Positions 8,860 to 16,827 of a stretch of 20,000 bases of DNA are shown here, piece by piece. The stretch comes from an uncultured virus (IMG/VR IMGVR_UViG_3300046678_000325) (Duplodnaviria; Heunggongvirae; Uroviricota; Caudoviricetes): the IMG/VR virus record IMGVR_UViG_3300046678_000325; one strand, 5' to 3'. Positions within the stretch are counted from its first letter, which is position 1, and the number at the start of each line of letters is the position of its first letter. The translations under genes were made by a program, and so were the position numbers. The notes under the pieces are model-generated. The model was not told where the DNA came from, did not search any database, and worked only from the letters and a program-made list of their open reading frames with translations.

Positions 8860-9480
8860 TTAGTCCTGCACCACCGACATTGCATTCTGCGCGAGCTGCG
8901 GAGTGTCGCCCGTGTTAATTACAGTGGACGTTACCGAGCACCATGCAAGGCCGTGGTCTGCCGAGGTTCCCGCATTTCCATCGAGGTCTCCGAGGAACGT
9001 CACGGTCGGCGCAGTGCCTCCCGTACTCGTTGCCCAAGATTTCGTCGCGTCCGAAGGCCACGTTTTCGTGTACGTGGTCGTTCCCGAACCCGCTGCGAAA
9101 ATCGTCGTGTTGTTCGTCAGCGAAAGAGCGGCGTAGCTGGTGTACGCAGCTTTGCCCGTCGTGGCACCGTTGAAAGTGTCATCGATGGACGCTGTATAGA
9201 GGTTGATGAAATGTGTTCCGATTGCCGACGGCGAAGTTGCACCGTACAGCAAATCCTGAAGCGCCTTTGAGCTGAAATTCGCCAGCGATCCGCTCATCAT
9301 CAGGATTTTCTCCTTCAAGGAGTCTGCCTTGAAGAAGCGATCGTACAACCTCCGCACTTCCTTCGGAAGATCATTCCAAACGGTCTCGGCACCAACTCGC
9401 GTCGGCATCCAAGGGCCGTTCGGAACAATCATCCTGGTGCGCGGAAGAATTACACCACCCGGAGAGACTTCAAAATCCAT
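8860..9480 (-). CDS. Small virion fibre/collar subunit (mycobacteriophage gp80-like family)
   Basis: Pattern GSLANF...LQDLLYG...FINLYTA...YTSYA...SWATSTG...TVTF.G..D...VINTGDTPQL...MSV matches this family from memory; adjacent to the repeat fibre gene. Confidence 0.6.
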   Translation of the reverse strand: MDFEVSPGGVILPRTRMIVPNGPWMPTRVGAETVWNDLPKEVRRLYDRFFKADSLKEKILMMSGSLANFSSKALQDLLYGATSPSAIGTHFINLYTASIDDTFNGATTGKAAYTSYAALSLTNNTTIFAAGSGTTTYTKTWPSDATKSWATSTGGTAPTVTFLGDLDGNAGTSADHGLAWCSVTSTVINTGDTPQLAQNAMSVVQD

Positions 9481-9842
9481 TATCCCTCCTTGTGCTGATG
9501 AGTGTGACCTGAAATTCTTGCGGCCACCTTGTCGGGGAGCTGCTTGGGCGGAGCAATGTCAGCAGCCTTCAGGAAATGATGCTCCATCCCTTCGACCGGA
9601 TCATCCTCCGTGCCCGCGTAGCCCGGTTGCGTTGAATCTTCACTCTGAGTCGGCACCATCCCGACGAAATTCTGATGGTGCTGATCGTTGTGAGAAGGCT
9701 CACCCTTCGCTAGAAAACGGAAATTGTCAGCATCCTCATCGTAAGTGACAGGATCGCCCTGTCTCTCACCCTCGTCCGCCAGCAAATTCCCGTTTCCGTC
9801 TGCCACGAGTCTGCCTTCGTACTCTTCGGTCTTCAATTTCAC
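9480..9842 (-). CDS. Hypothetical acidic protein after the major capsid gene
   Basis: ORF coupled by TAATG to the next gene. The true start may be TTG at 9836, 5 nt after AAGGAG. Confidence 0.65.
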   Translation of the reverse strand: MKLKTEEYEGRLVADGNGNLLADEGERQGDPVTYDEDADNFRFLAKGEPSHNDQHHQNFVGMVPTQSEDSTQPGYAGTEDDPVEGMEHHFLKAADIAPPKQLPDKVAARISGHTHQHKEG

Positions 9843-9852
9843 TCCTTTCAGC

Positions 9853-9895
9853 TTCGGGGGAGGGACTGAAGTGGCAAGAAAGCCCCTCCCCCGAA
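9853..9895 (-). terminator. Strong hairpin after the major capsid gene (terminator or mRNA-stabilising stem)
   Basis: Perfect 12-bp inverted repeat TTCGGGGGAGGG (9853-9864) / CCCTCCCCCGAA (9884-9895), extendable by a G-U pair; no U-tract follows. Confidence 0.6.
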
Positions 9896-9904
9896 TTTCG
9901 GCGC

Positions 9905-11086
9905 TTAGCTCGTGGCCGTTGCCAGCGTGATCTTCTCAACGCTGTTGTTGAGGTCGGTGTAGAGACCGCGACGTGCACGGCCAACCTGCTGACCCTCGAT
10001 GAGACGTGAGAGGTCGGCAGCACCAACATCGACACGCAGGTCGTGATGCACAAGCTCCTTCATACGCATTCTCGGTGCGATGAAATAACAAGTGCCCTGC
10101 GTTACGCCCGGATACGTGAACGAGTTGACCCCGTTCGTAACCGTTGCGCCGTTGTAGTAGATGATCGTGTCCACCGGGACGCGGCGCAGCTCGTTGCCCA
10201 GAGCGTCGAGCACAGGCGTGAGCAGAGCATCCTCGATCTGGAATCGATCAGCCTCGTTCGCCAGAATTACAGTCGGCACACGCTGCGGAACTGCGAGCGC
10301 AGCATTGCGGTATGCCTGCTGGAACTGGACGAGCGTATTTGCAACGAGCGAACCGTTACCGCTGTTCGCCGCAATTGCATTCGTGCCCGAGTAGGTCGCT
10401 GCGATGATCGGCGAGAGATGAATATGGTTGAGCAAGTAGTTGTATGCCCTACCGAACGCCCGCGAGTTCATCCCAATTTCATACGACCTGTCGAATTCCA
10501 TCATGTCCTCAGTCCACTCAAACCCTGCGGCGTAAGTGGTAATCGGAACGAAGGACGGTGCTCCGGCCCGCGCGAGCGTACCGAAGACAACTTCCTCACC
10601 CTCCAACTTCTGAAGGAAGACGACGTTTGCATCGAAGAGAACGTCCCCGCCGATCTGCACTGACCCGCCGGGGAACGGCCCATCGATCCGTTCGTACAAC
10701 GGCTGGTAGAGAAGCGGAACGTCGGCAAGGCCAACGTCAATGTCGATCCGCACCTTTTCCAGCAAGTCCATCGCACCCTGAGACGTGGTGATCATTTCAC
10801 TTACCGACTTCAGAAGCTCCAACTCGGGAAGATCCTTCTGAAATTCCGGCGTGAGCCGACTTGCCATCTCCGAAGCGACAGCCACCTTGACGCCGCCCTG
10901 TGAAACAGGCGACCAACGGCGGTTCTTCTGATCCCTACCGACCGGAGCGCCTGAAAATGCTCCGGGGCGAAGGGCATCGAACCGACCATCGTGCTTGATA
11001 CGAATTTCACCGTGACGATTCTTCTTGGTGATCTTTGCCATCGTGTGAGCCTCGGGAACGAGGACTCCACCCTTGCTTTTTCTCAT
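9905..11086 (-). CDS. Major capsid protein (HK97 fold)
   Basis: 393 aa with LEGEEVVFGTL, ITTYAAGFEWTEDMMEFDR and PTVILAN patterns; follows protease/scaffold and decoration genes; strong SD; hairpin downstream. Confidence 0.85.
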   Translation of the reverse strand: MRKSKGGVLVPEAHTMAKITKKNRHGEIRIKHDGRFDALRPGAFSGAPVGRDQKNRRWSPVSQGGVKVAVASEMASRLTPEFQKDLPELELLKSVSEMITTSQGAMDLLEKVRIDIDVGLADVPLLYQPLYERIDGPFPGGSVQIGGDVLFDANVVFLQKLEGEEVVFGTLARAGAPSFVPITTYAAGFEWTEDMMEFDRSYEIGMNSRAFGRAYNYLLNHIHLSPIIAATYSGTNAIAANSGNGSLVANTLVQFQQAYRNAALAVPQRVPTVILANEADRFQIEDALLTPVLDALGNELRRVPVDTIIYYNGATVTNGVNSFTYPGVTQGTCYFIAPRMRMKELVHHDLRVDVGAADLSRLIEGQQVGRARRGLYTDLNNSVEKITLATATS

Positions 11087-11104
11087 GGAATTTCCCTCCT
11101 TCCT

Positions 11105-11479
11105 TTACGGCCCGACGTTTAGCACGCGAACTGCCGCGTACCCGTTTGCGTTCTTTGCTTCCTCGACCTTTGCTACCGGCGATCCAGTCACCGTTGCCGT
11201 CAAGTCAGTGTCGCCTCGCTTGAAGCCTGCACCCGCAGTCCAATAGAGGAAATCACCAACAGCCGGGTTCAGTGCGCCCGGAAGGAGCACGTACCAAATC
11301 CGCTCTGCCGAAATTTCACCGCCGTATGCGCGCACGGTATCGGCAGAACCGATCTTGGTCATTGCGATGTGGTTCCATCCGTTGAGACGGTAAAGGTCTC
11401 CGAAATTGATGACAGTCGCGGCGGGAGCAGAGAATGTTCCGCCCGTCGTTGCCTTGCCATCACCTTTCAACTGGCCCAT
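11105..11479 (-). CDS. Capsid decoration/cement protein (DUF2190-like)
   Basis: 124 aa; AVGDFLYW...VAKVEEAKNANGYAAVRVL; immediately before the capsid gene. Confidence 0.65.
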   Translation of the reverse strand: MGQLKGDGKATTGGTFSAPAATVINFGDLYRLNGWNHIAMTKIGSADTVRAYGGEISAERIWYVLLPGALNPAVGDFLYWTAGAGFKRGDTDLTATVTGSPVAKVEEAKNANGYAAVRVLNVGP

Positions 11480-11500
11480 TGAATTTCCCTCCTCCCGTTG

Positions 11501-12049
11501 CTAGTTGTTTTCACGCGCAGCAATGTAATCTTCCACATCGCTCTTCGTGATCCGACCGTCAGCACCCGTCCCATTGACCTCTGAAAGATCAATGTTCTCT
11601 TCCGACGCAAGCTCAGTCGCGCCATCCGTTGCATCAATTTCAGCACCTTCGTGCGGAAGCTGCACAGCGTCCTCGGGGCGCTGAACAGTACCCGGCTCAC
11701 CGTAGTCCTCTGAAATTGCCACGGGGTGATCCTCGGGGAGTCCGGCAAGCGGGTGCCCGTCCTCCAACGTCATGAGCCGACCCGCAGCGGAAGCCGGGTC
11801 AGGCGACCCGTACTGCGGAGGGCCGAACATCTTTGCGATCATTTCCATTCCCTGCATCTCCTCCGACACGTAGGGGTTGGGGAACGAGCTTGCGAGGACG
11901 ACGCCGGTAGGGGCAGTCACACCGGCAGCGCGCTCAGCGGCAAGCTGGTCATCCATTGCGTCCAAGTCCATGTGCTTACCCTCAGCAATGGTCTCGTCAG
12001 CGGGCTGCTGCTCATGATCCGGGTTCGGAGCAGTCTGTCTTTTACCCAT
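11501..12049 (-). CDS. Acidic protein with C-terminal E3-binding/peripheral subunit-binding-like domain
   Basis: C-terminus ATDGATELASEENIDLSEVNGTGADGRITKSDVEDY matches the PSBD signature A.e.giDL..V.GTG..GRItk.DV. Confidence 0.75.
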   Translation of the reverse strand: MGKRQTAPNPDHEQQPADETIAEGKHMDLDAMDDQLAAERAAGVTAPTGVVLASSFPNPYVSEEMQGMEMIAKMFGPPQYGSPDPASAAGRLMTLEDGHPLAGLPEDHPVAISEDYGEPGTVQRPEDAVQLPHEGAEIDATDGATELASEENIDLSEVNGTGADGRITKSDVEDYIAARENN

Positions 12050-12067
12050 TCGGAATTTCCTCCTTCC

Positions 12068-13231
12068 TTAAACGCGCGCCTTGACGCGAACGTTTCCGGT
12101 GTTGACGCCAATTTCATACTTCGTCTTCTCGTTGGGATCGTCGGACGTATTCGGAAGATTCGGCGGAGCGGACTCCATCTCCGAAACGGTCTTCTTCAAG
12201 TCGGCATCTCCATCGATGGTCTCCGTGACCATCTCTGAAATTACCTTCAAGTCCTTCTCTTCGTCGCCCGTCACTGAAATGTCCTTGGAGGCCATCTCAC
12301 CAACAAGCACACGACGAAGAAGAGCAACGTCGCTCTTGTCCGCATCCTTGAACCGCTTTGCGAGCACGGAATCAAGAATCGACTCACGCAACGTTCTTGC
12401 CTCACTCCTCAGCTTTGAAAATGCAGACTGAAGAATGGTGGCATTGTCGGCATCTTCTTTGAGGCCGAGAATTCCACGAAGCTGCGGCAGAAGATCGAGC
12501 ACCGGCTTAACCGCAGCCGCGTCGGTCTCCATTTCACTGATCTTCGTGTTGAGAGGAGCCGATGCGCCGTCCTCGATGGTCTTAACCAAACTCGGAGCAT
12601 GCGCACGAAGCTCGTTCTCCTGAAGCGCAGCAATTTCCTCTGGCTTCACTTTTCCATCTCCTTCCATTTCGCTTGTAAGAGCGCCAACAAGCCGTGCGCT
12701 CATGCCCGCAGAACGCGGACGACTCAGATCGATAGACTCGATCTGAAATTTCTTGACCCTAACTCCTTTCTCGTATGGCTCTTGCATTGCTTTGCCGCGC
12801 CAAGATACTGTCTTGACGATTCCCTTTTTCAGATACTTTTTTCCGAGGGTGTCCGGTAGGACGTAAGCCTTGACTGCGAGCTTCGCCTTCTCACCGGCCT
12901 GAAGCAACTTCGCTCCAACCCACTGAAGCTGAATTTCAGGGAATGTGTACGGGTCATCGTCGGGCTTGATGTGACCCATGTAGCCGACAATCGGATCGGT
13001 TGCGGCTGTGGACTGAATTTCACTGACAACATCAGCGAAAAGCTCACCGCCCCAATACCGCTTCGACTTCGACCAACCGGCCTCAATTACAAACGTTGCG
13101 AACTTCGGATCGTCGTCACCGTCTGCTAACGATGCCACAACATCAGAAGACAGAGGAACAAGTCCACCTGCCGCATCGCTTGAAATCTCTGAAACCGTAT
13201 CGAAGATTTCGATAATTTCCTGTTCGTCCAT
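12068..13231 (-). CDS. Prohead protease fused to scaffold
   Basis: N-terminal half has GWSKSKRYW...GYMGH...VSWRG...SIDL..P..AG, a prohead serine-protease pattern; the C-terminal half is acidic and helical. Confidence 0.75.
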   Translation of the reverse strand: MDEQEIIEIFDTVSEISSDAAGGLVPLSSDVVASLADGDDDPKFATFVIEAGWSKSKRYWGGELFADVVSEIQSTAATDPIVGYMGHIKPDDDPYTFPEIQLQWVGAKLLQAGEKAKLAVKAYVLPDTLGKKYLKKGIVKTVSWRGKAMQEPYEKGVRVKKFQIESIDLSRPRSAGMSARLVGALTSEMEGDGKVKPEEIAALQENELRAHAPSLVKTIEDGASAPLNTKISEMETDAAAVKPVLDLLPQLRGILGLKEDADNATILQSAFSKLRSEARTLRESILDSVLAKRFKDADKSDVALLRRVLVGEMASKDISVTGDEEKDLKVISEMVTETIDGDADLKKTVSEMESAPPNLPNTSDDPNEKTKYEIGVNTGNVRVKARV

Positions 13232-13233
13232 CG

Positions 13234-13773
13234 CTAGACCCGCCGCAGCGTCTTCCCACCGAACAACGTCTGAATGTTCGGCTTCTGCACAGTGCCACGG
13301 TTCTTCGTGCCCGGAGTTGCCTGCGGCTGACGAAGAACTGTAATTGCACCCGGAGCATTCTCAGGGTGGAAGAACGGTGCGGTGTTGTTGTTGGTGAATT
13401 CATCCGCCTCGGGTGAAAACGTTGCGACCGTTGCGCCCGTGTTGAAAGGCGGCGGCGCAGAAGCGGACAAGATGTTGTACGGATCGTGACGGTGCAAACG
13501 CTTCACAGTCGCACGGCGACTGACGACCGGAAATCCACGCTGTCTGAAAACGTTCTTGGTAACAGCCGGGTTGGTCATCTGCTCCACAGTCGCGCCAGGA
13601 GCCTGCCGCTGAAGCGTCTTATACGTGAGCGGATCGAGCGCACGGAGAACCTTGACGCTTGTTTGTCCAGTCTTGACTGTAATTACAGCCCGCTGGTTCG
13701 GGTTCGTGTTACCGATCCGGCCCTTAGTCGGAGCGGTCTGACTCACCCGCTTCACTGCCTTGCGCTTCGCCAT
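13234..13773 (-). CDS. Basic 179-aa hypothetical protein (putative core protein)
   Basis: AAGGAGG SD; K/R/T/P-rich; last gene of the basic cassette. Confidence 0.7.
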   Translation of the reverse strand: MAKRKAVKRVSQTAPTKGRIGNTNPNQRAVITVKTGQTSVKVLRALDPLTYKTLQRQAPGATVEQMTNPAVTKNVFRQRGFPVVSRRATVKRLHRHDPYNILSASAPPPFNTGATVATFSPEADEFTNNNTAPFFHPENAPGAITVLRQPQATPGTKNRGTVQKPNIQTLFGGKTLRRV

Positions 13774-13785
13774 GAATTTCCCTCC

Positions 13786-13950
13786 TTACTTCCGCTTGAT
13801 GTGGAACCGACGATTGCTCGTTTGTCCATAGTTGATGAGTTCCTTCATGTGCGCCACAGAAGGCGACCGAAGGACTGTAATTCCACCCGCACGAATCGAA
13901 CCAAGCTTAGTGCGAGTTGCCGTTGCACTTCCCTGCTGCTTCTGTGCCAT
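13786..13950 (-). CDS. Small basic protein, 54 aa
   Basis: Not in the ORF track. MAQKQQGSATATRTKLGSIRAGGITVLRSPSVAHMKELINYGQTSNRRFHIKRK; TAATG-coupled to the upstream gene; 11 K/R, 1 E. Confidence 0.75.
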   Translation of the reverse strand: MAQKQQGSATATRTKLGSIRAGGITVLRSPSVAHMKELINYGQTSNRRFHIKRK

Positions 13951-14150
13951 TACTTCTTACCACCCTTCTTGAATTTCCGAGCGTTAAGTGCGAAGTTTGC
14001 TTTCTTGCGTGTCGCTGCGCTCTTGCTCTTTTTCAAACGACGAAGCGTTGAAACTGGAATCTTCTGTCCTTTCTTCACGCCCGCGATCTTTCTGAGCGAT
14101 CCCTGCTTGGACTTCTTGATCTTGATTCCAGACTTTTTCTTCTTCGCCAT
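13950..14150 (-). CDS. Small lysine-rich protein, 66 aa
   Basis: 27 K/R, no D/E; AAGGGG SD. Confidence 0.8.
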   Translation of the reverse strand: MAKKKKSGIKIKKSKQGSLRKIAGVKKGQKIPVSTLRRLKKSKSAATRKKANFALNARKFKKGGKK

Positions 14151-14156
14151 TTGAAA

Positions 14157-14273
14157 TTACCCCTTCTTTCTCCGAGCTGTTCCCTTTGCTGTGTTCGGAT
14201 GCGACTGCTTTCGTCCGCCGCCCTTCTTGAAGGGTGCTGCCTTCTTACCACCGAAATTGCTTTTCTTTGCCAT
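14157..14273 (-). CDS. Small basic protein, 38 aa
   Basis: Not in the ORF track. MAKKSNFGGKKAAPFKKGGGRKQSHPNTAKGTARRKKG; AGGAGG SD at 14281-14286; 13 K/R, no D/E. Confidence 0.75.
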   Translation of the reverse strand: MAKKSNFGGKKAAPFKKGGGRKQSHPNTAKGTARRKKG

Positions 14274-14277
14274 GAAA

Positions 14278-14448
14278 TTACCTCCTAAGCAATCTCATGA
14301 ATTGACCATTCCACGCGGCAGGAAGCAGACGCCCAAGCTTCGCACCGCCGAACTTGCTGGGTGTGTCACCAACACGGAGGAAACGACCGCCACGGTTGAC
14401 TGTAATTTTCAGCGGCTTCCATCCCGATCCCGGAGCGTTATTTGCCAT
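14278..14448 (-). CDS. Small basic protein, 56 aa
   Basis: Not in the ORF track. MANNAPGSGWKPLKITVNRGGRFLRVGDTPSKFGGAKLGRLLPAAWNGQFMRLLRR; GAGG SD; overlaps the upstream stop; 11 K/R, 1 D. Confidence 0.7.
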   Translation of the reverse strand: MANNAPGSGWKPLKITVNRGGRFLRVGDTPSKFGGAKLGRLLPAAWNGQFMRLLRR

Positions 14449-14581
14449 GAGCCTGCCTCTTTCTCCTTCTGCCCATCGTGGCGGACATTTGCTTAGGACT
14501 CTTCGCCCTCGGCTTGCGAGAGACCGAACGAGACTTTGAAATTCTCAGCTTGCGTTTCCTACCTGCACCAGCTCGTCTCAT
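14438..14581 (-). CDS. Small arginine-rich (protamine-like) protein, 47 aa
   Basis: Not in the ORF track. MRRAGAGRKRKLRISKSRSVSRKPRAKSPKQMSATMGRRRKRQAHGK; GAGGAG SD and ATGA overlap; 20 K/R, no D/E. Confidence 0.75.
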   Translation of the reverse strand: MRRAGAGRKRKLRISKSRSVSRKPRAKSPKQMSATMGRRRKRQAHGK

Positions 14582-14712
14582 GGTCTCCTCAACTTTCCTG
14601 AAGCTGGCCCCATCGAAGTCATCTGATAGATCGAGAATTTCCTTGTGACTCCGAGAATCGGCCTGTGAAGCTTCTTGTTCCCGATCGTCCTACCTTTGTG
14701 CCGTCTAGCCAT
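14578..14712 (-). CDS. Small basic protein, 44 aa
   Basis: Not in the ORF track. MARRHKGRTIGNKKLHRPILGVTRKFSIYQMTSMGPASGKLRRP; TGATG overlap with the portal stop; 12 K/R, no D/E. Confidence 0.7.
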   Translation of the reverse strand: MARRHKGRTIGNKKLHRPILGVTRKFSIYQMTSMGPASGKLRRP

Positions 14713-16235
14713 CACTCATTGCCTCCCTGCGGGCCTGCCACGACTGGAACCGACGAAGTACCGGCCGGGACGTTCCCTGCTGGTAGAGCGGCAGGAGGCG
14801 GCTTGATCGCATTCGCTTCCTCAACATCGCCAGAAGCCATGAGAGGCAGGAACGCACGAATGGTCTCGCGGTAGGTTTCGTCTGAAATTTCTCCACGCTG
14901 AGCTGCAACTTCCAAGCCCATGATGATCTGCTGGAAAGCCTGTGCGAGCACGAGCTGATCGTCCGCCCGGATCGTGTCCCAGACAACTTTCACGCGATAG
15001 GGAATTTCACCGTAAGCAACCATCGCCATCTTGCAGAGCTGCTGGATCGCCTTGTTGTATGAAATTCTCTTACGCATGACTTTGCGAAGGAACGGAACCG
15101 TCTGTGCGTTACGGTCAGAGTTGGCCGAGCCTGCGTCTACCCTCATGAACGCCCACTCCGGCGTTTGCGAAGCGATTGCGATGCAGTCAATGAGGAAATC
15201 CGCAAGAGTCTTCGTATCACCAAGAACCGACTGCGCTTCGAGAAATTCTGCGTCCTCTTGCGAGTTGAAGAAGATGATTTCCCTTCCCGTCCAGTTGACC
15301 GATGAGCCATTCTTCACCGTTCCCGTTGTCGCGTCCCATGTGTCGGGGAAATTGTTCTTGATGAAATTGGACACGTCTTCCAGCTTCAGCTTGATCTTCG
15401 GTGTCGAGTGGTACTTGTGCGCCTGCAACCCCTGCGCCACAACGTCATGGAAAGCGTTGATGAATGGAATTACAGTCTCTAGATCGGACTGGCCTCCCTG
15501 CAACGATGAATCCCACTCGTTGAAAACTTCCATGAACGGCACGAAGCCCCATGTGTTCGGCGTTTCCAAGTCGGTCAGATATTGCATGTCGTTCTGATCG
15601 AAGAACACATACCTGTCACGAGTGACAATTTCAATCACATCGTGCTCTTCCAAAACAGGCTGACGACCCGTGGTTACATCGCCTGGGTCTTGAACAACTA
15701 CAAGACGGTGCATGACCATCACGCGGTCGATGATGTTCTTGTTCCTCGCGTTGTATTCAATGTCCACTCTCTCAGGCGGCAAACACTCGATCTGAAAATG
15801 CTGCGCCTCGTTGAGAGTCATGAGCGGATCGAGAATGTCCGGCTTCTTCATCCGAACAATTACCTTTGAATCACGGATCGAGTCCTTGAACATTTCCTGA
15901 AGATCGCCTGCCCAATAGTCCGAGATGCACTCATTGAGCAGAGTGTCCGCTGCGTCGTCACCGTTGCCTAGCGTCACAGTTGGAATTCCAAGGAACGAAA
16001 CCTGAAGATCGACAATCGGCTTAGCGAACCCACCACCGAGAACGTTGTCGCCTGAATTTCTGTAAAGCTGACGGAGCAAGTCGTAATTGACAATGGTTCC
16101 CTCAGCCGCAGGATGAGTCTTCGGCCAGAAGGCATTGCCAACAACGCGAAACGCTGACCTAACGCCAGCGAACCCAAAGAAACTGAAAAACGGAGCAGCG
16201 ATTTGCTCGCTGACAATTTCCTTAAACGTCCTCAT
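14712..16235 (-). CDS. Portal protein (SPP1 gp6-like)
   Basis: About 507 aa; NTWGFVPFMEVFNE...GQSDLETVIPFINAFH and RGEISDETYRE are portal-like; follows the terminase genes. ATG 16235 preferred over 16292. Confidence 0.85.
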   Translation of the reverse strand: MRTFKEIVSEQIAAPFFSFFGFAGVRSAFRVVGNAFWPKTHPAAEGTIVNYDLLRQLYRNSGDNVLGGGFAKPIVDLQVSFLGIPTVTLGNGDDAADTLLNECISDYWAGDLQEMFKDSIRDSKVIVRMKKPDILDPLMTLNEAQHFQIECLPPERVDIEYNARNKNIIDRVMVMHRLVVVQDPGDVTTGRQPVLEEHDVIEIVTRDRYVFFDQNDMQYLTDLETPNTWGFVPFMEVFNEWDSSLQGGQSDLETVIPFINAFHDVVAQGLQAHKYHSTPKIKLKLEDVSNFIKNNFPDTWDATTGTVKNGSSVNWTGREIIFFNSQEDAEFLEAQSVLGDTKTLADFLIDCIAIASQTPEWAFMRVDAGSANSDRNAQTVPFLRKVMRKRISYNKAIQQLCKMAMVAYGEIPYRVKVVWDTIRADDQLVLAQAFQQIIMGLEVAAQRGEISDETYRETIRAFLPLMASGDVEEANAIKPPPAALPAGNVPAGTSSVPVVAGPQGGNE

Positions 16236-16827
16236 CGTCACCGCCTGCTGATTCAGCCGCAGCCTGCGCGAGCAGTCCTTCAAGCTTCTCAACTACCTGA
16301 GCTGCTTGCTCCTGAATTTCAGGACTCGCTTCTCGCAACCGCTCGATCAAGCCGTCGTCTGTGATGGTTGTCTGTTCCTCGTTCGTTTGATGACGCTCCG
16401 ACTTGCTGATCTTCGGCAGGCCAGTGCGGTCAAGGATTTCAGAAGCAGCTTTCAGCACGAGCGCATCGTCGCCTGACACACGCATTACGTCCACGATCGC
16501 CTGCACTGCCTCGATCATGTAGCCCTCCATCAAGTCCAGAGCTGCATTAGGCAGGCCGGTGCGAATCGTAGACAGCATTTCACTTACGGCCGGATCATCA
16601 AGGAACTCCTGTACCTGCTGCTTTGAAATTCCAATGATCCTTGCGATCTGTGATTTCGGGTAGTGAGCAAGATGAAGGATCGCCACCATGTTCTGAACGC
16701 CTGGAATTTCACCAGGGAGCAAACGCGCTTGGCGAGTGATGTTCTTCTTGTAGCGACGGCGAACGCGCGTCACTTCCTGTTTTGCTTCTGACGCTCTGCG
16801 GTTGGGTGTGCTCTCTCGTTTTTCCAT
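16222..16827 (-). CDS. HTH protein, probable terminase small subunit
   Basis: HTH YPKSQIARIIGISKQQVQEFL followed by helices ending VLKAASEILDRTG, a motif typical of many TerS-like proteins. Confidence 0.6.
   Translation of the reverse strand: MEKRESTPNRRASEAKQEVTRVRRRYKKNITRQARLLPGEIPGVQNMVAILHLAHYPKSQIARIIGISKQQVQEFLDDPAVSEMLSTIRTGLPNAALDLMEGYMIEAVQAIVDVMRVSGDDALVLKAASEILDRTGLPKISKSERHQTNEEQTTITDDGLIERLREASPEIQEQAAQVVEKLEGLLAQAAAESAGGDDEDV

Noticed and set aside
3587..14448. Shared LGR(L/F)LP peptide in the 56-aa basic protein and at the C-terminus of the gp10-like protein
   Set aside because: A six-residue match with no other similarity; likely chance.
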